NCBI RefSeq assembly: GCF_964355755.1
Contig: NC_092677.1
Coordinates: forward strand, 1-64,000
Origin: Antedon mediterranea
Lineage: Eukaryota > Animalia > Echinodermata
Direction: 5' to 3'
Length of the DNA: 64,000 nt
The position numbers and the translations under genes were made by a program. This document shows, piece after piece, positions 25,601 through 36,670 of the stretch (positions are counted from its first letter, which is position 1; the number at the start of each line of letters is the position of its first letter). Below the pieces are notes generated by a model, which searched no databases, had not been told where the DNA came from, and was given only the letters and a program-made list of their open reading frames with translations.

Positions 25601-28600
25601 AATTTTTGACATGCTCAAAATGACAAGAAATGCATAGAAAGTTGATTAGAAATTGATTTTTCGCATTTTAAAATTTTAAATGCGCGTGCGCGCGTAACGT
25701 TGTGTGAAACATGCCATTTTTAATCCACAGAAAGTTGACTCTTGATATGAATTAAATTTTCACCAAGTCTCAATACAAAATGACTTTCGGTTTTTAATCT
25801 ATTATCAATCATTTTAATTCATAAAATTGCGCGCAAGTCACGTTGCGCAACTCTGACGTTTTTCAAAAATAGGAGGTGCACAACTTCACGTAAATATCTA
25901 TATGTTGACAAAGTTATGATATGTTCTGTTCACACATTTTAGAGAAACAGGGCTCACAAAAAAAGGAAGAAAGACAGAAGAATAATACAGAAAAAGAAAA
26001 AAAAGATCCCATACAATAACAAGGAGTTATCCGCACACTGCCATGTGCGGATAACTAAAAAAAAAAAAAAAAAGATCCTGACAATAACAAGAGGTTATCC
26101 GCCAAGTGCGGATAACCAAATATAACATAGGATCTACATCATCAAACCAAACATCCTCTTCCAATTCACCTGTTTGTCTACAATAGCAATAATACAAAAT
26201 ATAACATAGGATCTACACCATCAAACCTAACATCCTCTTCCAATTCACCTGTTTGTCCACAATAGCAATAATACAAAATATAACGTAGGATCTACATCAT
26301 CAAACCAAACATCCTCTTCCAATTCACCTGTTTGTCTACAATAGCAATAATACAAAATATAACATAGGATCTACATCATCAAACCAAACATCCTCTTCCA
26401 ATTCACCTGTTTGTCTACAATAGCAATAATACAAAATATAACATAGGATCTACATCATCAAACCAAACATCCTCTTCCAATTCACCTGTTTGTCTACAAT
26501 AGCAATAATACAAAATATAACATAGGATCTACACCATCAAACCTAACATCCTCTTCCAATTCACCTGTTTGTCCACAATAGCAATAATACAAAATATAAC
26601 ATAGGATCTACATCATCAAACCAAACATCCTCTTCCAATTCACCTGTTTGTCTACAATAGCAATAATACAAAATATAACATAGGATCTACATCATCAAAC
26701 CAAACATCCTCTTCCAATTCACCTGTTTGTCTACAATAGCAATAATACAAAATATAACATAGGATCTACATCATCAAACCAAACATCCTCTTCCAATTCA
26801 CCTGTTTGTCTACAATAGCAATAATACAAAATATAACATAGGATCTACATCATCAAACCAAACATCCTCTTCCAATTCACCTGTTTGTCTACAATAGCAA
26901 TAATACAAAATATAACATAGGATCTACATCATCAAACCAAACATCCTCTTCCAATTCACCTGTTTGTCTACAATAGCAATAATACAAAATATAACATAGG
27001 ATCTACATCATCAAACCAAACATCCTCTTCCAATTCACCTGTTTGTCTACAATAGCAATAATACAAAATATAACATAGGATCTACATCATCAAACCAAAC
27101 ATCCTCTTCCAATTCACCTGTTTGTCTACAATAGCAATAATACAAAATATAACATAGGATCTACATCATCAAACCTAACATCCTCTTCCAATTCACCTGT
27201 TTGTCTACAATAGCAATAATACAAAATATAACATAGGATCTACATCATCAAACCAAACATCCTCTTCCAATTCACCTGTTTGTCTACAATAGCAATAATA
27301 CAAAATATAACATAGGATCTACATCATCAAACCAAACATCCTCTTCCAATTCACCCGTTTGTCTACAATAGCAATAATACAAAATATAACATAGGATCTA
27401 CATCATCAAACCAAACATCCTCTTCCAATTCACCTGTTTGTCTACAATAGCAATAATACAAAATATAACATAGGATCTACACCATCAAACCTAACATCCT
27501 CTTCCAATTCACCTGTTTGTCTACAATAGCAATAATACAAAATATAACATAGGATCTACATCATCAAACCAAACATCCTCTTCCAATTCACCTGTTTGTC
27601 TACAATAGCAATAATACAAAATATAACGTAGGATCTACATCATCAAACCAAACATCCTCTTCCAATTCACCTGTTTGTCTACAATAGCAATAATACAAAA
27701 TATAACGTAGGATCTACATCATCAAACCAAACATCCTCTTCCAATTCACCCGTTTGTCTACAATAGCAATAATACAAAATATAACGTAGGATCTACATCA
27801 TCAAACCTAACATCCTCTTCCAATTCACCTGTTTGTCTACAATAGCAATAATACAAAATATAACATAGGATCTACATCATCAAACCAAACATCCTCTTCC
27901 AATTCACCTGTTTGTCTACAATAGCAATAATACAAAATATAACATAGGATCTACATCATCAAACCAAACATCCTCTTCCAATTCACCTGTTTGTCTACAA
28001 TAGCAATAATACAAAATATAACATAGGATCTACATCATCAAACCAAACATCCTCTTCCAATTCACCTGTTTGTCTACAATAGCAATAATACAAAATATAA
28101 CATAGGATCTACATCATCAAACCAAACATCCTCTTCCAATTCACCTGTTTGTCTACAATAGCAATAATACAAAATATAACATAGGATCTACATCATCAAA
28201 CCAAACATCCTCTTCCAATTCACCTGTTTGTCTACAATAGCAATAATACAAAATATAACATAGGATCTACATCATCAAACCAAACATCCTCTTCCAATTC
28301 ACCTGTTTGTCTACAATAGCAATAATACAAAATATAACATAGGATCTACATCATCAAACCAAACATCCTCTTCCAATTCACCCGTTTGTCTACAATAGCA
28401 ATAATACAAAATATAACATAGGATCTACATCATCAAACCTAACATCCTCTTCCAATTCACCTGTTTGTCTACAATAGCAATAATACAAAATATAACATAG
28501 GATCTACATCATCAAACCAAACATCCTCTTCCAATTCACCTGTTTGTCTACAATAGCAATAATACAAAATATAACATAGGATCTACATCATCAAACCAAA

Positions 28601-29827
28601 CATCCTCTTCCAATTCACCTGTTTGTCTACAATAGCAATAATACAAAATATAACGTAGGATCTACATCATCAAACCAAACATCCTCTTCCAATTCACCTG
28701 TTTGTCTACAATAGCAATAATACAAAATATAACGTAGGATCTACATCATCAAACCAAACATCCTCTTCCAATTCACCCGTTTGTCTACAATAGCAATAAT
28801 ACAAAATATAACGTAGGATCTACATCATCAAACCTAACATCCTCTTCCAATTCACCTGTTTGTCTACAATAGCAATAATACAAAATATAACGTAGGATCT
28901 ACATCATCAAACCTAACATCCTCTTCCAATTCACCTGTTTGTCTACAATAGCAATAATACAAAATATAACATAGGATCTACATCATCAAACCAAACATCC
29001 TCTTCCAATTCACCTGTTTGTCTACAATAGCAATAATACAAAATATAACGTAGGATCTACATCATCAAACCAAACATCCTCTTCCAATTCACCTGTTTGT
29101 CTACAATAGCAATAATACAAAATATCAAATAGAATTAACAGAAGCAACTGTGTCAATCCAAAATCTTGCACAAACACACCATTTTTCTTTTTATTAGTAG
29201 TTTTATTGTTTGCTATTTGGATTATTGTTAGCAGTACACACAAGTATTTAGTAATAACTCACTGAAATTCCATTGGACTTGCTTGGTTTTTTAACTTCCT
29301 TTTTCTTCTCTGCTGACCAACACGGTCTGTTTTCGGCAAAGTCTGTAGTGCAAAATGAAAAGTTAATTTCAATAAAAAGCTATGGTCAAATGTCAACTAA
29401 AATGAGTGATATTGGGTAGTAGACCAAAGTGGATTTTAACGGAACTGGTTAAAGTAAAGTATAGTTAGGGTTAGTAAATTCAAGTTTCTCACAGATTAAT
29501 CCTCTAATTCAGAGTAGTACTCATTCTTAGTTTCAATGAATTTTCTATGTTTTGATTGAATAATGAAATATCATACCTCATTTAAAGCTTTCCAGTTACA
29601 ATCAACATTTAGATACTGATGAGACTTTGTCACATGCTTTTGTTCAGAACAATTAATACTTGGTAATTTGATCTTATTTGGTTTAGTATCATAGTTGCAC
29701 TGTTGTGTTCTTTTCCTTGTATTACTTCCTAATTTCTTTCTGTTGTTATTTCTTAAGTTACTTTGTTATCTTTATGTTTAGGAGCATGTCTTATTTCAGA
29801 TTTCTTCATGGTTTTATGAGATTTCAT
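13602..29827 (-). CDS. REXO4: RNA exonuclease 4 (DEDDh 3'-5' exonuclease); coding exons 29827-29577, 29342-29263, 20436-20311, 19794-19601, 15081-14993, 14767-14693, 14090-14016, 13793-13602
   Basis: REXO4 motifs [22 protein letters not shown]...[55 protein letters not shown]. All introns are GT-AG with consistent phases. There is an apparent 1-nt frameshift at ~29762 in the first coding exon. Confidence 0.92.
15230..19086 (+). mobile_element. Full-length hAT-superfamily DNA transposon in a REXO4 intron (antisense to host)
   Basis: 12-bp TIR CAGGGTTCGTAC / GTACGAACCCTG, subterminal TCCTTGAA repeats at both ends, 6-bp TSD TTTTTA (15224-15229, 19087-19092), internal transposase gene. Confidence 0.9.
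15865..18473 (+). pseudogene. hAT-like DDE transposase with N-terminal zinc finger; intron 16498-16630; frameshift/stop at ~16084
   Basis: CKLC...SH...GKKH zinc finger broken by an extra A-rich stretch. Exon 2 is spliced in frame to the 584-aa ORF with [24 protein letters not shown] and [12 protein letters not shown] motifs. Confidence 0.8.
19601..19794 (-). CDS. REXO4: REXO4 exon with ExoI motif (DCEMVGVG)
   Basis: [57 protein letters not shown], bounded by CAG and GTAAG. Confidence 0.93.
21006..21951. mobile_element. Non-autonomous hairpin-bearing DNA element (Crypton-like, tentative)
   Basis: Long imperfect palindrome 21008-21193 and a short inverted repeat TATTATATAGCC (21196) / GGCTATGTAATA (21940). 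No clear TSD. Interrupts one 79-bp unit. Confidence 0.6.
23301..26118 (-). mobile_element. Non-autonomous Helentron/Helitron2-type element (outer)
   Basis: Terminal palindrome GGTTATCCGC-CAAGT-GCGGATAACC at 26093-26117. The other end carries a subterminal GGTTATCCGC, the hairpin AACTCGTC..GACGAGTT and CTAG. Inserted in a T-run with no TSD. Confidence 0.8.
24468..26056 (-). mobile_element. Related non-autonomous Helentron-type element nested in the poly-A tract of the outer copy
   Basis: Same end architecture (AACTCGTC..GACGAGTT hairpin; AGTTATCCGCAC...GTGCGGATAACT). Internal blocks are homologous to the outer element. Confidence 0.8.
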
Positions 29828-30179
29828 ACTGAAAAAAAAATCAAAAGTTTTTAATTTCTATACAAAACAAACTAAATTCAAATTTTAAAAACCTTGTGTG
29901 TACAATCTTTTTTCTGCTTAAGAATAAAATAAATGAAATGATCTATTTGGGATAAGTTGAATGCTCTCCCCTTGATTTACGTTTCAACAACTAGGTTTGA
30001 AAAATGTCACCAGGATGACTTTTAGGGTGGTACAGCACTGTGACCATTCAAGATCACTGGGCATAAGACTTCACGGTCACTCACCATCACCCTATCATTT
30101 AGCAGGTGAATGGTTTCACACTGGGATACTGTCGACCTTTTTTAGACCATTAGCTAAAAGTGGCCTAGCTATGTACTAA

Positions 30180-30715
30180 GTCTACAATAACACACCCTTT
30201 CTACTGGCCAGGTCAGACTATAATTTATTATCAACCTAGGCCTGACTACAATAAATACAAATACAATAACACACCCTTTCTACTGGCCAGGTCAGACTAT
30301 AATTTATTATCAACCTAGGCCTCACTACAATAACACACCCTTTCTACTGGCCAGGTCAGACTATAATTTATTATCAACCTAGGCCTCACTACAATAACAC
30401 ACCCTTTCTACTGGCCAGGTCAGACTATAATTTATTATCAACCTAGGCCTCACTACAATAACACACCCTTTCTACTGGCCAGGTCAGACTATAATTTATT
30501 ATCAACCTAGGCCTCACTACAATAACACACCCTTTCTACTGGCCAGGTCAGACTATAATTTATTATCAACCTAGGCCTCACTACAATAACACACCCTTTC
30601 TACTGGCCAGGTCAGACTATAATTTATTATCAACCTAGGCATCACTACAATAACACACCCTTTCTACTGGCCAGGTCAGACTATAATTTATTATCAACTT
30701 AGGCCTGACTACAAT
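30180..30715. repeat. 64-bp tandem array (~8 copies)
   Basis: Unit CTACAATAACACACCCTTTCTACTGGCCAGGTCAGACT...AGGCCTCA. Confidence 0.95.
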
Positions 30716-31362
30716 AAAAACAAATATAAGTGAAGGCCCTCCCTACCAAATACAGGGGCTTATATAGTGTATTTACGAGGAGTAATTATTATACACATAC
30801 TAGGACAAAGATACAGTTAGTGGGTGTCTGACCATTTCGGCCGCTGGTTATGGAACAGCCAAATTCATGGCACGTCACCAAAGTATGCTCTATTCATTTC
30901 GGCCATCACCGTTTCCCCCGAAATACTCATAAGTTTAGATCTGTATAAAATGTAATATAGTTATCGTAGAATTCTATATTAATTATATTACATTATACAT
31001 TTGATAAGATAACTTTTATTGATCCTTAAAAAGGAAATTCATATATAGCGGCCTCAGGATGAAACCATTATAAAAAAAATCAAAAATTATGTTCTATAAA
31101 CTTGACGGGAAAGAACTGTTTTCAGTTTACGCTTAAAGCAATCAAAGTTAGTTTCAGACCAAATTGACAACCATTGACACTGGAAGATCGTCGACCTGAG
31201 ACGCCAAAATACCGGTCAGCAAAGGTTCTCCTCCTTATAGGAATCGAGGCCTGATCAGATGCCAGATCTTCTTGGACGTCTGACAACTATGAGTTCACAA
31301 AGTTATTCAGGAGCGTGTCCACTCAACAAACACTTGTGAACATGACGCATGTAGCTGCAGCA

Positions 31363-32259
31363 CGGTCAGTCTAATTACCGAAAACAACCATACACAACCA
31401 AAAACAAACCGAAATAATCTAAATACCGAAAACAAATTTGTATAATATTTTTTGTAATGTCACCCTCTATTGATGGGTGTTTCTAAAGCTAAGACCATAA
31501 CAGAGAGAAAACCGCGCGCAAAAGCCAAGGAAGACTCTACGAAATGGTAGTGTGCACAAAATACAACTCAAAATCGTACAATTAATCAATGATAACATCG
31601 CATTTACTTACACAGAATCTATAAAAATATTTTAATTTTAGTCTTTCGATTTTTGATCCAGAAACCAACGCATTAATCCATAGTATAGAAAGTAAATTGA
31701 CTATGGTTAATCATGATCAATTTAATTAAAGATTTTCAAAGATAATAATACAAAAATGATATTTTTAAGAAAATTGATATTAGGGACTATAAAGTATACT
31801 TAAAACAAGCTCACGATAAAGGATTCACAATAAAATCTATTCAGTAAAATTACCGTAGTTAAGTAAATAACGTTTTCATCCTTAATCACTTCAGCCTGTA
31901 TTCACTTATGTGACGAAAACAAGGGTCGAAAACGCAAAGTTAGGTAAAATCATGCTTTGTTTTTGAAAAGACTAAAAACGAAATGTGTTTATAGATTTTG
32001 TATGTAGTATACGATGTATTTCATTGAATTTGTACAATTTTGAGTTGTATTTTGTGCACACTACCATTTCGTAGTCTTCCTTGGCTTTTGCACGCTGTTT
32101 TCTCTCTGTGTGGTCTTAGCTTTAGAAACACCCATCAATAGATGGCGACATTAAAAAAAATATTATACAAATTTGTTTTCGGTATTTAGAAGATTTTTTT
32201 ACTTTGTTTTCAGTTTGTTTTCGGTTGTTTTCTGCTGTTTTCAGTAATTACACTGACCC
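31363..32259. mobile_element. Foldback-type MITE with long inverted arms
   Basis: Ends CGGTCAGTCTAATTACCGAAAAC / GTTTTCAGTAATTACACTGACCC, 8-bp TSD CTGCAGCA (31355-31362, 32260-32267), imperfect inverted arms of ~250-300 bp. Confidence 0.8.
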
Positions 32260-32453
32260 CTGCAGCATGATGGGGATACAGCATTCATAAATGGTATTGG
32301 TAAAAAATAAGTTATCTTTATTTATTTTATTAATATACAGTATTACTGTATATCATCTGACATACTATTCCACCACCTTCTGCTGCCAACAAGATAGGCC
32401 TAGACGAGCCTAGAGCTAGTTATATATCTTAGTTAACTTTCCTGTCGACGCTA

Positions 32454-34277
32454 ATGCAGTTTCGTACCCACCCCTTAAAATTACTCAAAATCTTCAGCCA
32501 ACAGATATATGCAAATGAAAAACCATGGATCTCTAACCAACTAAGGAAACTGTTACAAGATAAGCGTATAGCGCATAGAGGAAAAGATACTCCTAAAGTC
32601 AAGGAAATTCAAAAGGAAATAAACAAGTGTATAAAAAATAGTAAACTGAAATACAAAAAAACACTAGAAAATAAATTTAAAGACAAAAATCCTAAAGCAG
32701 CATGGAAAGCAATTAAAACACTAACCGGCTACAAAGAAACCATATTGCGTGTACATGGAAGTGAGAACTTCGCTAATGACTTAAACAACTTTTTCTGTCG
32801 TTTTGAATCCGAGATATTAGTTACCAAAAATGAAAATGAAGACACAGATATCCGCGAAAATGAGACTTCATTAGTAAACAATGCAGTCATAAATGTAGTT
32901 GATGTGCGTAATGTATTCGCCAAAGTAAAGCCTGGTAAAAGTACTGGCCCTGATGGAATTGGAAATCGTGTTATTAAATACTGCAACCAAGAGTTGGCAC
33001 CGATATATACCAAACTTTTTAATGAGAGTTTAGCAAGTGGTACAGTGCCCAATCAATGGAAAACGGCCTGTATCTCACCTATTCCTAAGATAAAAAATCC
33101 CAAGGAACTTAATGACTATAGGCCAATAGCTATCACATCCAATGTTGGTAAGTGCCTAGAAAAGATTGTACTTAGGCAGTTGCTTGATCAGACCAAATTG
33201 TTTCTCAATCCTCTCCAATTTGCCTATCAGAGTAATAGAAGTGTTGAAGATGCTGTGCTCTTCCACTTACATAATATTTACCAACATTTAGATGTGCCTA
33301 AATCATATGTAAGATGTTTGTATATAGATTTTTCTAGTGCTTTTAATACCGTTGAACCTGGTTCATTAGTACGCAAACTTAAAGAAATGAACGTAAACGA
33401 CACATTGACTTCATGGATATATAATTTCTTAACAAAAAGGTTCCAGTATGTTAAACTAAACGGTATTTTATCTGATAAAAGAACTGTTAGCATTGGCACG
33501 CCACAAGGGTCTGTTATCTCCCCAATGTTGTTTTCACTGTTCACCAGCAGTTTCAGAGCCAATTCAAATGAATGTTGTATAGTAAAATATGCAGATGACA
33601 CAGTCATCACTGGATACATTACTGGCAATGATGAAACAAGCTATAGACAACTAGGATGTGATTTTTATCACTGGTGCTGCAATAACAACCTGAAACTAAA
33701 CATAAAGAAAACAAAAGAAATGCAAATTGATTTTAGGAAAATTAAAGAACCCTTAGAACCTCTGATTATAAATGAAAATGAGATTGAAGTAGTAAATGAG
33801 TACAAATATCTGGGTTGTATAATTGACAATAAGCTAAATTGGATAAATAATGTAAATAAAGCCACATGCAAAGCCAACCAAAGGATGTTTATTTTAAGAA
33901 AAATGAAGTACCTACAAATTGACAAAACTATACTTAAATTGTTTTATAACTCTGTAATTCTCAGTGTAATACTTTTTTGTAATGTTTGTTTTTATGGTAA
34001 TACAATGCAAAAAGATAAAATTAAACTTAATCGAATAGGAAGTAGAGCAATTAGACTAGTAGGAGAGCACTTACCTGATGTTGAATCCTTGTATAAAGAA
34101 AATGTGTTAAAAAAAGTAAAAAGTATCATTGATGATGAAACACATCCTCTTCACAAACAATTTGCTCTCATGAATTCTGGCATAAGACTACGTGCACTTA
34201 ATACCAAAACAAAACGGTTTAGGTGCTCGTTTGTACCTAATGCTATACACTTATATAACTCCAGAGTACAAAGGTAA
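32454..34277 (+). CDS. Non-LTR retrotransposon reverse transcriptase (Rex1/Babar-like), 5'-truncated, no endonuclease
   Basis: Uninterrupted 607-aa ORF with KSTGPDGI, YRPIAITS, QFAY, DFSSAFNT, GTPQGS, YADD, YKYLG and RF..SFVP.AI..YN. The first ~13 codons derive from the MULE TIR. Confidence 0.9.
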   Translation: MQFRTHPLKLLKIFSQQIYANEKPWISNQLRKLLQDKRIAHRGKDTPKVKEIQKEINKCIKNSKLKYKKTLENKFKDKNPKAAWKAIKTLTGYKETILRVHGSENFANDLNNFFCRFESEILVTKNENEDTDIRENETSLVNNAVINVVDVRNVFAKVKPGKSTGPDGIGNRVIKYCNQELAPIYTKLFNESLASGTVPNQWKTACISPIPKIKNPKELNDYRPIAITSNVGKCLEKIVLRQLLDQTKLFLNPLQFAYQSNRSVEDAVLFHLHNIYQHLDVPKSYVRCLYIDFSSAFNTVEPGSLVRKLKEMNVNDTLTSWIYNFLTKRFQYVKLNGILSDKRTVSIGTPQGSVISPMLFSLFTSSFRANSNECCIVKYADDTVITGYITGNDETSYRQLGCDFYHWCCNNNLKLNIKKTKEMQIDFRKIKEPLEPLIINENEIEVVNEYKYLGCIIDNKLNWINNVNKATCKANQRMFILRKMKYLQIDKTILKLFYNSVILSVILFCNVCFYGNTMQKDKIKLNRIGSRAIRLVGEHLPDVESLYKENVLKKVKSIIDDETHPLHKQFALMNSGIRLRALNTKTKRFRCSFVPNAIHLYNSRVQR

Positions 34278-34448
34278 AATGTAACCGATAATTTTTATCT
34301 AATTTTAACAATTTTTAGCCTCTTAACTTTTTGTGTGTGTTTTTGTAAATTGTATTTTATATTTTTGTATTTTGCCAGTTTTCAAATCACATTTCTGTTT
34401 TTTAAATGGACAATAAAGTATATATGACTATATGACTATGACTATGAC
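32492..34448 (+). mobile_element. 5'-truncated LINE insertion with AATAAA and (CTATGA)n tail
   Basis: 3' end CAATAAAGTATATATGACTATATGACTATGACTATGAC. It replaces ~18 bp of the MULE left arm, judged by comparison with the right arm. Confidence 0.85.
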
Positions 34449-34905
34449 AACCTACTCACGAGTTGTCTACATCATCCTGCAATCATAAAATTGTAAAAAA
34501 TCGATAATTTTTTTTAATAACTATTTTTAATCAATCAATACTGAGCACCCTTCAGAAATACATCGCCAGCTTAGCTTCGCGAAAATCATCGCTAGGCCTG
34601 CCGATTAAAGTATGGAGGCCTCATAGGGCATCGATCTATAGAGGACGCTGTAATGGTCATATTATATGGTTTCCCTGTTTTAAGATTTTATAGAAGTATA
34701 TAAATTAACATTTTTTATTCACCTTTGAAGAAAGACCTCTTCAAATATATGGAAATAAGAAATGCAACAAAAACATATAAGATATAATTTATTGAAATGT
34801 AATGTACAGGTGGTCCATGATCCAGCCGAAGCATTAGTCATTAGGGACCCTCACAAAAATATAATTTGACAAAACAATAACACATAACACTCAAAATAAA
34901 AAGAA

Positions 34906-35611
34906 CGCCGTGGTTAGGATTCCGGCACTGGAACTCAACTGCCCACTGTTAAGGAATCCGACACGCTATTGCGCATGCCCAGAGCTCTGGGAAGTGAATT
35001 ATAGCTTGCACAAATAGTGCCACACACCACACCACCGAGAGTCGGAGTGTTATAGGGATTTACTGTAGCCTAGATAGTCGTTGCGCGAGCGAGAGAGCAA
35101 TGGATGAAACTTTGCCTATGCCATACATGAATTAATAATTAAAATACGACTACGGCACGCGTTAAAATAATTATAATGATATTACAGTAATAAGAATCAG
35201 TATCTATCTAAGAATCGTAATGCTGTTTTTAGTGTTGCTACCCCGACTTCCCGAACAGTTTTTTCACATCCACGCGGTGGCTGCCGTCAACAAATCAACT
35301 TGTGATTGCATGTTATGTACAGTATAATGTGTTATGAAAAATCATAAAACTAGTCATGTAATTATATAATTCATAATGATATGAAGTTTATATATGAATG
35401 AAGCAACCACTTTTTAATTACAAAATAAATAGGCCCACTGGTCACGTCTAACTGGTAGCCCTAGCCTAGATTAGTTGATCCCGTATTAGATCCATCGCTG
35501 TTGATAAAAGTATAGAGTCGCTGATTACCTCGCTCTGGGCATGCGCAATAGCGTGTCGGATTCCCTAACACTGGGCAGTTGAGTTCCGGTGCCGGAACCC
35601 TAACCACGGCG
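34906..35611. mobile_element. Nested Mutator-like MITE
   Basis: ~80-bp TIRs CGCCGTGGTTAGG...GCATGCCCAGAGC and a 9-bp TSD TAAAAAGAA (34897-34905, 35612-35620). Confidence 0.85.
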
Positions 35612-36670
35612 TAAAAAGAATTTCTAAAAATTAACAACATAATTAAACACAAAATATTTCTTTATAAAAAAACTTAAAATTTGTTTCATGAGGAACATGC
35701 CATATATAGGCCTAGGCCTAATTTGACCATTACAGCGTCCGCTATAGATCGATGCCCTCTATGAGGCTCCGTACTTTTTTCGGCATGCCTAGCGATGATT
35801 TTCGCGAAGCTAAGCTGGCGATGGATTTCTGAAGGGTGCTCAATCAATTATTAATTGATTAACAATATTTATAGAAACAAAATTATCGATATTTTACCAT
35901 TTTATGCTTGCAGAATGTTGTAGACAACTCGTGAGTAGGTTAGATGCAGTATTGAAACAATTTTGAGTAATTTTAAGGGGTGGGTACGAAACTGCATTAG
36001 CGCCTTTCCTGTCTAGGCCTAGCCTATAGGTCTAGGGCCTAGCTAAGGCCTCCTCCTAGACTAAGTTTCACTCCGCGAAAAAATAAATCTCCTGTCGGCC
36101 GAAATGACCACGCTGACCGCAGCGCTAGTAAGCAACCCCTACCTAGCCCTCTATGCTTATTAGCCTAGCAGAGAGTAAGTAAAGAGAGTAGGCCTAGTAG
36201 TAGGGGCTAGGCTAGCGCCTAACTAGGCCTAGAGTCTGTTACGCGTACGTTGCACAAATGTGGCCAACATACCTCGTTCGCTAGCCGCCTCCGTTACAAT
36301 ATAAAAATAAAGTCAGGAGGTGCTCGCTCGCTCTCACTCAGATCACCTGGTGCTCGCCATTTTCTATACAAATAATAGAGGGCAGTATCATACACGTGCA
36401 CACACACGTGAGGTATATTCAGAGCGTCATTTCGACGATCGAGCATTCTCTACTTCTACGGAGCGCCATTTATGTCTTTATTTACTTCCGAATTAGAAAT
36501 AGTACTACGGTAACTGCTCCAGTGGACCAAATTTAGCACCGGTGGAGGACAGTGATATAAAATAGAAAAAGTCACTGAATTTTAATATCTTTTCGTATGT
36601 TAATACACTGTGCTCAAGTGGACACAATTTGGCGCCAGTGAGGAGCACGCAGTGATATAAAATACTATTA

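Larger units (their letters stand above)
20382..29124. repeat. 79-bp satellite (~63 copies) made from the REXO4 intron/exon boundary
   Basis: Minus-strand unit = 24 nt intron ending TTGTAG plus 55 nt exon encoding [18 protein letters not shown]. Three blocks of ~8, ~17 and ~38 units are separated by TE insertions. Confidence 0.97.
32447..36004. mobile_element. Mutator-like element with long TIR arms, containing a LINE fragment and a nested MITE
   Basis: TIR G(A/G)CGCTAATGCAGTTTCGTACCCACCCCTTAAAATTACTCAAAAT, 9-bp TSD TTTCCTGTC (32438-32446, 36005-36013). The left arm resumes at 34449 and mirrors 35720-35942. Confidence 0.85.

Noticed and set aside
20382-29124. CRISPR-like regular repeat array
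   Set aside because: Units are head-to-tail with no unique spacers, there are no cas genes, and the context is eukaryotic and intron-containing.
29022-29243. Separate 73-aa gene containing WFDDVDP
   Set aside because: It is intron plus the first satellite unit of the amplified REXO4 exon, not an independent gene.
32454-34277. Telomere-maintenance retroelement or telomerase-like RT
   Set aside because: Motifs are those of an ordinary non-LTR LINE RT, it lies 30 kb from the telomere, and the telomere is canonical TTAGGG.
30822-36120. Possible giant element bounded by CATTTCGGCCG / CGGCCGAAATG inverted motifs
   Set aside because: The match is short, the termini disagree and I found no TSD.
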